From the IMG/VR virus record IMGVR_UViG_2681813004_000013, positions 1 to 10,226 of that record: a stretch of DNA of 10,226 nt, one strand, 5' to 3'. Below the pieces are notes generated by a model that made no database searches, was not told where the DNA came from, and saw nothing but the letters and a program-made list of their open reading frames with translations. Position numbers and translations under genes: made by a program. Shown piece by piece: positions 1-5,183 of this stretch (position 1 is the stretch's first letter; each line of letters begins with the position of its first letter). Origin of the DNA: a virus. Taxonomy: Duplodnaviria; Heunggongvirae; Uroviricota; Caudoviricetes.

Positions 1-233
1 TTAACCTGGTCGCATTTTTCCTTCGACAGCTTCATTCCCGGTATGACGGGCTTACCATCCACCATTGTGGCACCACGACAGATGGTCCATATACCGGAAC
101 CATCGCGGTATGCCGTAGTGTGGTTACCCTCTTTTTCATCCAGAAACTGGTCAAGTATTTGAGGAGCAGATGCGCCTGCTCCAATCAGCGCCAGAACGAC
201 CGCTGACAGGCCGTATTTGATTTTTGCGTTCAT
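1..233 (-). CDS. SAR endolysin (phage 21 R / P1 Lyz-type lysozyme), N-terminal 77 codons; the CDS continues past the left window edge
   Basis: Minus-strand translation from the ATG at 233..231 gives MNAKIKYGLSAVVLALIGAGASAPQILDQFLDEKEGNHTTAYRDGSGIWTICRGATMVDGKPVIPGMKLSKEKCDQV. It stays open to position 1, so it is absent from the ORF track (no stop). The Gly/Ala-rich, weakly hydrophobic N-terminus looks like a signal-anchor-release domain. The E-x8-D-x5-T catalytic spacing (EGNHTTAYRDGSGIWT) matches phage 21-type lysozymes. It lies downstream of a pinholin gene. No obvious SD precedes the ATG. Confidence 0.85.
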   Translation of the reverse strand, partial: MNAKIKYGLSAVVLALIGAGASAPQILDQFLDEKEGNHTTAYRDGSGIWTICRGATMVDGKPVIPGMKLSKEKCDQV

Positions 234-338
234 GGATATTTATCAGGATTTATCGGTTTCTGAACCCTGGATATGTTTATCTGTCCCGGCCTGTTGAATC
301 AGGCGGGGAAAAGGTAAAGACAATCAAGAGGATTATTT

Positions 339-611
339 ATGGACAATAACACCATTTCTCTACAGGAGTTGCTCGACTGCATTTCCAGGCTTCGGGATGA
401 TGTAAATGCCCTCACTGTTGCATTTTCATATCTGGCTTTCTCAATTCCCAAAGAACAAATGAAACCAACACTGGCATCGCTTCTGCTTGAGTCACGCAAC
501 CCCAAATGGTCCCAGGAACAACAAAATTCTTTCAAGTGGCTGGCGGCATTACTGGAAGAAAAATATGCTGGTAAAATTACCATTTCGGTGGAGTCTTCAG
601 AGAACCAGTAA
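339..611 (+). CDS. Hypothetical 90-aa soluble, probably helical protein; the only plus-strand gene, sitting inside the lysis cassette
   Basis: ATG at 339 is preceded by AAGAGGA (326..332) at good spacing. The translation has protein-like composition, whereas the antisense ORF 299..646 looks like a shadow. I recognise no family. The upstream promoter is only weak (TTGAAT at 294..299, no convincing -10). Confidence 0.5.
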   Translation: MDNNTISLQELLDCISRLRDDVNALTVAFSYLAFSIPKEQMKPTLASLLLESRNPKWSQEQQNSFKWLAALLEEKYAGKITISVESSENQ

Positions 612-921
612 TTCTTCCCGGTAGCTTTCCTTTGTAGGTTATCCACACATTATGCGCCTCTAAAATTACGGGGCGCTTTTCCGGCGACTGCTCACTCCCT
701 TCACATAACCCGGCAGCAACATCCAGGAAGACCTGTCTGATGCTCCTTCTGGCTGCTGCCTCATAAAACTCCAGCGCGGCACCTTCAACACGGTCCAGCG
801 AGATGTCCAGGTCAAAAATTTCACCGTCAAAGCGTTTTTTGTCCCGTAACGCTAAAGTTACCGTAACTTTATTCTCAAAATTGCGGATCCCTTTCACAAT
901 CAGTTCATAGTTTTGAGTCAT
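577..921 (-). CDS. DUF1327 / YdfR-like prophage protein
   Basis: MTQNYELIVKGIRNFENKVTVTLALRDKKRFDGEIFDLDISLDRVEGAALEFYEAAARRS closely resembles my recollection of K-12 Qin prophage YdfR. The position (holin, DUF1327, lysozyme) matches Qin essQ-ydfR-rrrQ. A GGGGAGAG SD lies within the last holin codons. Confidence 0.8.
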   Translation of the reverse strand: MTQNYELIVKGIRNFENKVTVTLALRDKKRFDGEIFDLDISLDRVEGAALEFYEAAARRSIRQVFLDVAAGLCEGSEQSPEKRPVILEAHNVWITYKGKLPGRITGSLKTPPKW

Positions 922-925
922 TGAA

Positions 926-1141
926 TTACTCTCCCCGTGCAGCCTTACGCTTGTCTTCTTTAATCTTGAAATAAAGGTTTGTCAGATACGTCAGCAAGCC
1001 AAATACCAGACTACCCAGCACACCTATTGCCGCCCACTGTGAGGGCGTGACTTTATCGAGCAACTGTAAAAACCAGTACCCGGCACTACCTGCTGAGGTG
1101 CCATAGGCGACACCCGTTGTTAACTTATCCATGGATTTCAT
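926..1141 (-). CDS. Class II pinholin, phage 21 S21-like, with dual-start motif
   Basis: I trimmed ORF-track entry 926..1204 to the start at 1141. This gives [71 protein letters not shown] (71 aa). It is near-identical, as I remember it, to S21, including the Met1-Lys-Ser-Met4 antiholin/holin dual start. GAGGTGGGG lies directly upstream. It is paired with a SAR endolysin. Confidence 0.9.
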
Positions 1142-1176
1142 AACCCCACCTCGCAGATGCGGGTGCTGTGTAATGG

Positions 1177-1202
1177 AAATAAAAAGGCCACCTGACGTGG
1201 CC
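1177..1202 (-). terminator. Rho-independent terminator between the methylase remnant and the holin gene
   Basis: The minus strand reads GGCCAC-gtcag-GTGGCC followed by TTTTTATTT (plus-strand ggccac 1186..1191, gtggcc 1197..1202, A-run 1177..1185). Confidence 0.75.
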
Positions 1203-1208
1203 ACCAGA

Positions 1209-2141
1209 TTATTTCCCCACCAGCTCGTTTATCTCTTTCACTGTCTGGTTAAACCGCTCTGACTCAAGCTCAACACCTAAGGCCCGACGCCCCAGCGCCA
1301 TTGCTGCTTTTATTGTGGAACCGGATCCCATAAAAAAATCAGCAACCAGATCACCTGGTCGACTACTGGCATTGATTATTTGCCTGAGCATATCCGCCGG
1401 TTTCTCACACGGATGTTTCCCCGGGTAGAACTGAACGGGTTTATGCATCCAGACATCGGTATAAGGCACGGAGACTGATACGGAGAAATAGCGCCGGAGA
1501 GATTTAAACTCATCCAGCAATTCAGAATATTTGCGATTCAGTGAATCATAAGATGCCACCAGCTGGTGGTGTGGTTGTTCCAGTTGTTGTTCCTGAAACT
1601 TCTCTGCCGCTATACGGGAAAACAGTGCCTGTAACTTCCGATAGTCAGCCTCATTCGGCAACTGCCACTGACTGGCACCAAACCAGTGGGAAACCATATT
1701 TTTCTTACCTGTGGCTTCGGCAATTTGTTTTGCCGTTATACCCAGTTCGGCACGAGCATCCCTGAAATACGATATCAGCGGTGCCATTATGTGCTGTTTG
1801 AGTTCCCTTTCTTTTGCCGCATAGCCGTCACTTTTGCCGCGATATGGCCCCTGGTAATGTTCAGCAAACAGAACGCGCTCTGTGGCAGGAAAATATGCGC
1901 GCTGACTTTCTTTATTACACCCATTCCAACGTCCGGACGGCTTCGCCCAGATGATATGGTTAAGCACGTTGAAACGTTCACGCATCATGATCTCAATATC
2001 AGATGCCAGGCGATGCCCACAGAACAGGTAAAGGCTTCCGGCAGGTTTTAACACCCGCCAGAACTGGGCCAGACAGTGGTCCAGCCACTTAAGGTAATCT
2101 TCGTCCCCTTTCCACTGATTGTCCCAACCGTTAGGTTTCAC
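1209..2141 (-). pseudogene. 5'-truncated beta-class (N6-adenine/N4-cytosine) DNA methyltransferase
   Basis: The C-terminal part carries HPCEKP and FFMGSGST (AdoMet motif I), as expected for beta-class order. The N-terminal DPPY-type motif IV is absent, and the ORF-track start is a GTG at 2141..2139 with no SD. The reading frame upstream runs straight into tRNA sequence. By analogy with CcrM-like enzymes, roughly the first 50 or more residues are missing (inference). Confidence 0.65.
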
Positions 2142-2144
2142 CTT

Positions 2145-2179
2145 CAGTCTGCTCCCTTTGGCCGCTCGGGAACCCCACC
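2145..2179 (-). pseudogene. 5' half of a tRNA-Tyr gene (positions 1 to G34), truncated in the anticodon
   Basis: The minus strand reads GGTGGGGTTCCCGAGCGGCCAAAGGGAGCAGACTG. As I recall the sequence, this equals the acceptor 5' strand, D arm, anticodon-stem 5' strand and C32-U33-G34 of E. coli tRNA-Tyr (tyrT/U/V). Similarity ends abruptly after G34, and no T arm or 3' acceptor strand follows. Confidence 0.8.
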
Positions 2180-2187
2180 GGACTTGA

Positions 2188-2263
<76 letters not shown>

Positions 2264-2265
2264 AC

Positions 2266-2341
2266 TGGACCGCCACCGGGGACTCGAACCTCGCACACTC
2301 AACTTAAAGGGTTGACGCTCTTTCCTGATGGCTAGTGGCGG
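2266..2341 (-). tRNA. Aberrant tRNA-like gene (76 nt, CCA encoded); anticodon loop CCUUUAA, nominal anticodon UUU with C33
   Basis: The acceptor stem is perfect (CCGCCAC / GTGGCGG, then T-CCA). The anticodon stem TCAAC/GTTGA is intact, and a T loop TTCGAGT is present. The D stem has only 2 clean pairs (GCCA vs GAGC), the T stem has an A.C mismatch, position 33 is C instead of the near-universal U, and position 1 is C. It could be a degenerate argN-like tRNA or a functional non-canonical tRNA. Confidence 0.55.
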
Positions 2342-2342
2342 T

Positions 2343-2418
2343 TGGTGGCCCTTGCTGGATTTGAACCAGCGACCTGGCGATTATGAGTCGCTCGCTCTCA
2401 CCACTGAGCTAAAGGGCC
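2343..2418 (-). tRNA. tRNA-Ile2-like (anticodon CAU, ileX/ileZ type), 76 nt with CCA
   Basis: GGCCCTT / TA / GCTC-AGTGGTGA-GAGC / G / AGCGA-CTCATAA-TCGCC / AGGTC / GCTGG-TTCAAAT-CCAGC / AAGGGCC-A-CCA. It is very similar to my recollection of E. coli ileX, including C4 and C5 in the acceptor stem. Lambdoid and Stx phages carry an ileZ at this position. A tRNA-Met cannot be excluded from sequence alone. Confidence 0.85.
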
Positions 2419-2428
2419 GAGCCAAAAA

Positions 2429-2457
2429 ATAATAATCAGATGAAAATCAATAATCAA
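2429..2457 (-). promoter_or_regulatory. Candidate sigma70 promoter for the tRNA cassette
   Basis: The minus strand has TTGATT (2457..2452), a 17-nt spacer, then TATTAT (2434..2429). The predicted start, near 2422, is a few nt upstream of the tRNA-Ile 5' end (2418). The -35 overlaps the last codons of the AraC-type gene. Confidence 0.45.
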
Positions 2458-3160
2458 GCCCTTGCCTGGATACATATCTGTCTGGCGGGAAGCCATAATA
2501 GCGGTGAAATACAGAAATAAAGTAGGACCTGCTTGAATAACCGCATTTTTCTGCTATAGCCTGTCCATATCCATGCCGGGAACATAACATATTTACAGCA
2601 ACACGCATCCGCTCTTCCAGCAACAAGCGACTGAACATGCCCCCTTCATTTTTCAGTTTTGTCTTTAACAAACTCTCACTCATATGCAACTGTAGAGCAA
2701 TCGCACCAAGCGTCCAGCTTGCTGATATATCTGTCTGAATTATCGCCCTGACTTTGGCACTTATGCTGGATAAACATCCACTTAAAAACAATGACATCCG
2801 TTCATCTGTTTCAAACAGAGACAGGCAGGCCATCATAAGAAACATATCCGTGGCCTCTCCGGAAAATCCCTGGCTGGTAATTAAAGCCGCAGCCAACGCA
2901 GGATTGTTGGGTTCCAGCAACAGGTAAAGCGGAATGTCAGTCAGACGAGTCCTCGTCAGCTTATGCTGACTTTCCAGATATTGACTTACGACGGATTCGC
3001 TTATATCGACAATTTTAACTTTGCCATAATGCATAAGGAAAAGCTCCCTGATGCATTTGGTGGCCAGAACAACTGAGCCTGGCTTAAGTGACAACGTATC
3101 CTTTTCAAGAAAAATATTAATTGGGGAGCAAACCATGATAACTGAACAGACAACAGCCAT
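2447..3160 (-). CDS. AraC/XylS-family transcriptional regulator (GadX/GadW/YdeO/AppY-like subgroup; prophage moron of the PatE/Psr type)
   Basis: The C-terminal ~100 aa carry the twin HTH signature (WTLGAIALQLHMSESLLKTKLKNEGGMFSRLLLEERMRVAVNMLC...IAEKCGYSSRSYFISVFHRYYGFPPDRY). The gene is visibly AT-rich compared with its neighbours. The start is uncertain (ATG at 3160 or 3136; both have weak SDs). Confidence 0.85.
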   Translation of the reverse strand: MAVVCSVIMVCSPINIFLEKDTLSLKPGSVVLATKCIRELFLMHYGKVKIVDISESVVSQYLESQHKLTRTRLTDIPLYLLLEPNNPALAAALITSQGFSGEATDMFLMMACLSLFETDERMSLFLSGCLSSISAKVRAIIQTDISASWTLGAIALQLHMSESLLKTKLKNEGGMFSRLLLEERMRVAVNMLCSRHGYGQAIAEKCGYSSRSYFISVFHRYYGFPPDRYVSRQGLDY

Positions 3161-3195
3161 TATAATTTTACTTTCATTAGCAATTGGTTAGCTCA

Positions 3196-3226
3196 ATTAT
3201 AGCCCCAAAAGGTAAATTATCATCAA
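3196..3226 (-). promoter_or_regulatory. Possible promoter of the AraC-type gene
   Basis: The minus strand has a consensus TATAAT (3201..3196) with TTGATG (3226..3221) 19 nt upstream, which is a suboptimal spacer. It lies just downstream of the terminator at 3281..3307. Confidence 0.3.
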
Positions 3227-3280
3227 CACATAAGCAAAGGACTGACAGGTGTCGCCCCCCACCAGCCGCCCATTCACCAC

Positions 3281-3307
3281 AAATAAAAAGCCTTCAGGAC
3301 TGAAGGC
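3281..3307 (-). terminator. Rho-independent terminator overlapping the stop codon of the small wHTH gene
   Basis: The minus strand reads GCCTTCAG-tc-CTGAAGGC followed by TTTTTATTTG. The stop codon TGA (3296..3294) lies inside the hairpin. Confidence 0.7.
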
Positions 3308-3491
3308 GTCTGTAACAACCGCACTGATAGTCTGCCAGACCCGCCATAACAAGTTGGGTCAGTATTAACTGGCAGCGTTCGCGTGAAAGGTAAGTATTCT
3401 GCGCAATCTCCCCGACTGTCGCCGGTTCGGTAACGCTTAATTCATCAAACACAACTCTGGCGGTTTCTGTCATATCCTGCTGTTTCAGCAT
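3294..3491 (-). CDS. Small (65 aa) winged-helix protein, PapI/FaeA-like by pattern
   Basis: MLKQQDMTETARVVFDELSVTEPATVGEIAQNTYLSRERCQLILTQLVMAGLADYQ has the length and layout of PapI/FaeA-type small wHTH regulators (name-tag helix, then xxEIAxxxxLS, then recognition helix, then LxxxGL). GAAAGGG lies upstream of the ATG. The family assignment is from memory only. Confidence 0.55.
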   Translation of the reverse strand: MLKQQDMTETARVVFDELSVTEPATVGEIAQNTYLSRERCQLILTQLVMAGLADYQCGCYRRLQS

Positions 3492-3613
3492 GTCTTTTTA
3501 CCCTTTCCGGTTAACGTGACATACCAATAACTCTTGTCCAAAAAGCCAGCAAGCAGAAAGACCGGTATTCGCAACCACCAGCGTATTTAACGCCCCGTGC
3601 CGTTTTTCAGTCA

Positions 3614-3637
3614 TAAAAAAACCCGCAAAAAGCGGGC
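3614..3637 (-). terminator. Rho-independent terminator after the ORF6N gene
   Basis: The minus strand reads CCCGC-TTTTT-GCGGG followed by TTTTTTTAT (plus-strand cccgc 3622..3626, gcggg 3632..3636, A-run 3615..3621). Confidence 0.7.
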
Positions 3638-3734
3638 TCTTTCAAATGTCCATGTCTGCTATTCGCCTCGCGGTACAGCTTTGCGAAGCGTACCGGAATT
3701 GAAGCAGTTTATGGCTAAAATTGCAAGAACTTTT

Positions 3735-4346
3735 TTAAAGCTGCATCAGCCTTTCCACCAGTTTATCTCTGCGAACAACAAACCAACCATTGGCTCTCGC
3801 CAGTTCCAGCCATGACTCAAGGGAAATAACAATATCATCATCCCGCAACTGAATTGTGGAAACAGTGACACCGCCTCGCTGATAACAGAGAACTCGCGTG
3901 TCGTAACTTTTCTGGCATGAAGCTGGCGCTGACGGATCCTTTTGTCTGAAATAGCACTCTTCCAGTTTTTCGAACACATCCCACGCCTGATCGGTTTCGA
4001 GCATTTTGGCGTGACGGGCTGCTCCGCGTTCTGTCCAGAGAATGAGGGAGCGGGCTTTCGGGGAAATTTGTAACCCTCTTAAAGATGGTTGCAAATTTTG
4101 TGAGTTACTTAAAGTAACCCGCAAATTTTGTGAGTAGTTTAAAGCTACCCGCAATTCTTTAAGGTCATTACCAACAACTTTGAAAAAGTGTTTCCCTTCA
4201 ACGAAGCGTACTTTGTTCTCATGATGATTCTGGCGAATGCGCACCGGCTCAGTGCCGTAAAGCTGCGCCAAAAGTTCGGTGGTAATAACAGGAATCTGGT
4301 TATGGGTGATCGGGGAGAGAGTTTCAACAGAAATTTGAGTTGTCAT
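3735..4346 (-). CDS. ORF6N/KilA-N-family DNA-binding protein (antirepressor-like), first gene after pR'-tR'
   Basis: The N-terminus IPVITTELLAQLYGTEPVRIRQNHHENKVRFVEGKHFFKVVGNDLKEL and the later SLILWTERGAARHAKML follow the ORF6N pattern (VMLDxDLAELYGVETKxLNQxVKRNxxRFPEDFMFQL...AFTEQGVAMLS). AGAGGG lies upstream of the ATG at 4346. Confidence 0.75.
   Translation of the reverse strand: MTTQISVETLSPITHNQIPVITTELLAQLYGTEPVRIRQNHHENKVRFVEGKHFFKVVGNDLKELRVALNYSQNLRVTLSNSQNLQPSLRGLQISPKARSLILWTERGAARHAKMLETDQAWDVFEKLEECYFRQKDPSAPASCQKSYDTRVLCYQRGGVTVSTIQLRDDDIVISLESWLELARANGWFVVRRDKLVERLMQL
4079..4168. repeat. Imperfect tandem repeat, three copies with an exact 30-bp period, in frame inside the ORF6N CDS
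   Basis: The copies start at 4079, 4109 and 4139: ttaaagatggttgcaaattttgtgagttac / ttaaagtaacccgcaaattttgtgagtagt / ttaaagctacccgcaattctttaaggtcat. They encode the decapeptide series LRVALNYSQN / LRVTLSNSQN / LQPSLRGLQI. Confidence 0.85.
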
Positions 4347-4504
4347 AATGACGCCCTCTGGTGGTTTCTTAATAACTCACCACCGACGACGCCAATCATC
4401 TGGTGGTGAACTGTGCGGGGTTGGCGTAACCGGGAAACCGACCGGCGCGGATCTCTCCGCCCCCACACAGCCCACCATAATTCAGATGTGCGCGTGCATA
4501 CGAC

Positions 4505-4529
4505 AATAAAAAACACGCTCGCGGCGTGT
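4505..4529 (-). terminator. tR'-like rho-independent terminator of the late-promoter leader
   Basis: The minus strand reads ACACGC-cgcga-GCGTGT followed by TTTTTTATT (plus-strand acacgc 4513..4518, gcgtgt 4524..4529). Confidence 0.75.
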
Positions 4530-4585
4530 ATCTGTCGCGGTCTCTATCCAGGACGCCAATCCCGACGCCAGATTTTGCTGGCGCG
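4506..4585 (-). ncRNA. Short (~80 nt) constitutive pR' leader transcript (lambda 6S / StxS-like position)
   Basis: It is bounded by the predicted start about 7 nt after the -10 (near 4584) and by the terminator at 4505..4529. It contains a 5' hairpin CGCCAG-caaaat-CTGGCG (4582..4565). Both ends are inferred, not measured. Confidence 0.45.
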
Positions 4586-4590
4586 TGAGG

Positions 4591-4620
4591 AATATAGCCC
4601 CGGATAACAGATTGAGTCAA
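4591..4620 (-). promoter_or_regulatory. pR'-type late promoter
   Basis: The minus strand has TTGACT (4620..4615), an 18-nt spacer, then TATATT (4596..4591). The -35 contains the stop codon of the Q-like gene. A short terminated leader follows, which is the canonical lambdoid Q / pR' / tR' layout. Confidence 0.7.
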
Positions 4621-5183
4621 CAGACGGTTTTTAGATCCCCGGAAGAGAATGCATCACGCATCGGCAGATAGAGCATAAACTCTGCCATTTTCAACCACGC
4701 ATCTATGCGATTACGGCACGTGGCGTAACACCACTCAGGGTGTGAATCATTCAGCAATTCAGCCATTTTGCGCTTAGTCATCCCCCGCCCCACATAACGC
4801 TGACTCAGAACATTGAGCAGCCCGGGATAACCTGCCAGTACTTCACCAATAACCCTGTCGATTATTAACGCCTCTGAATCGGTACAATGTGCCAGCCAGC
4901 TTTTTTGATTGCCGTTGATCATATCCCGCAAAAAAGCCTCAAGTTCAGGTTTGTCCAGACCCGCTTTTTTCATCCTCCGGAGCGCCTCGTTAATTGCCGT
5001 TTTTGTCAGCTTTTTAGAGGTCAGTAATTGGTTGAACATATTTCCCGTCTTACCGTCGCCAATATACGACCAACGCCCCCACATACGCAGTTTCCCCTGG
5101 ATCCAGACACTTTCCAGCGTTTTCAGGCGTAAATGCTCACCGCTTTTGCCTGTAATTTCCGGGTATATCATATTTATGCTCAC
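4617..5183 (-). CDS. Putative late-gene antiterminator (Q-like; resembles DUF1133-type prophage antitermination proteins)
   Basis: The evidence is mainly positional: the gene is directly after rusA and directly before pR'/tR'. The translation (…LRMWGRWSYIG…EALRRMKKAGLDKPELEAFLRDM…) resembles proteins annotated as antitermination proteins in E. coli prophages, by recollection and with low certainty. The start is either the GTG at 5183 (GTGA overlap with the rusA stop) or the ATG at 5171. Confidence 0.65.
   Translation of the reverse strand: MSINMIYPEITGKSGEHLRLKTLESVWIQGKLRMWGRWSYIGDGKTGNMFNQLLTSKKLTKTAINEALRRMKKAGLDKPELEAFLRDMINGNQKSWLAHCTDSEALIIDRVIGEVLAGYPGLLNVLSQRYVGRGMTKRKMAELLNDSHPEWCYATCRNRIDAWLKMAEFMLYLPMRDAFSSGDLKTVC

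Noticed and set aside
299-646. 115-aa minus-strand ORF between the endolysin and the DUF1327 gene
   Set aside because: It is the antisense shadow of the better-supported plus-strand ORF 339..611. It has no SD, its sequence is Ser/Cys-rich and low in plausibility, and it would overlap the DUF1327 3' end.
1142-1204. N-terminal extension of the holin ORF (track start at 1204)
   Set aside because: The extension would read through the terminator hairpin at 1177..1202 and has no SD. The S21-type dual start MKSM at 1141, with GAGGTGGGG upstream, is the canonical start.
1541-2051. Plus-strand ORFs (74, 121 aa) and minus-strand ORF 1787..1981 inside the methylase gene
   Set aside because: They are shadow or alternate-frame ORFs within a recognisable methyltransferase reading frame. 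They have no SDs and odd composition.
2145-2179. Idea that the tRNA-Tyr fragment ending exactly at G34 reflects an anticodon-nuclease (colicin E5-type) cleavage product
   Set aside because: The truncation is at the DNA level. RNA cleavage cannot explain a genomic junction without reverse transcription, for which there is no evidence. A coincidence, or recombination within the anticodon loop, is more parsimonious.
3597-3815. 72-aa plus-strand ORF
   Set aside because: It spans the terminator at 3614..3637 and runs antisense into the ORF6N gene. It has no SD and a basic, low-complexity translation.
4079-4168. 30-bp tandem repeats as a CRISPR array, iterons or att-like repeats
   Set aside because: The units are contiguous with no spacers, exactly 30 bp apart and in frame within a recognisable CDS. 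No cas genes or origin features are nearby. I report it as an intragenic repeat instead.
4396-4620. 74-aa minus-strand ORF and 64-aa plus-strand ORF (4413..4607) downstream of the Q-like gene
   Set aside because: They overlap the pR' promoter, its leader hairpin and the tR' terminator. Their composition is Arg/Gly/Pro-rich, typical of GC-rich non-coding sequence. I interpret the region as leader or ncRNA.
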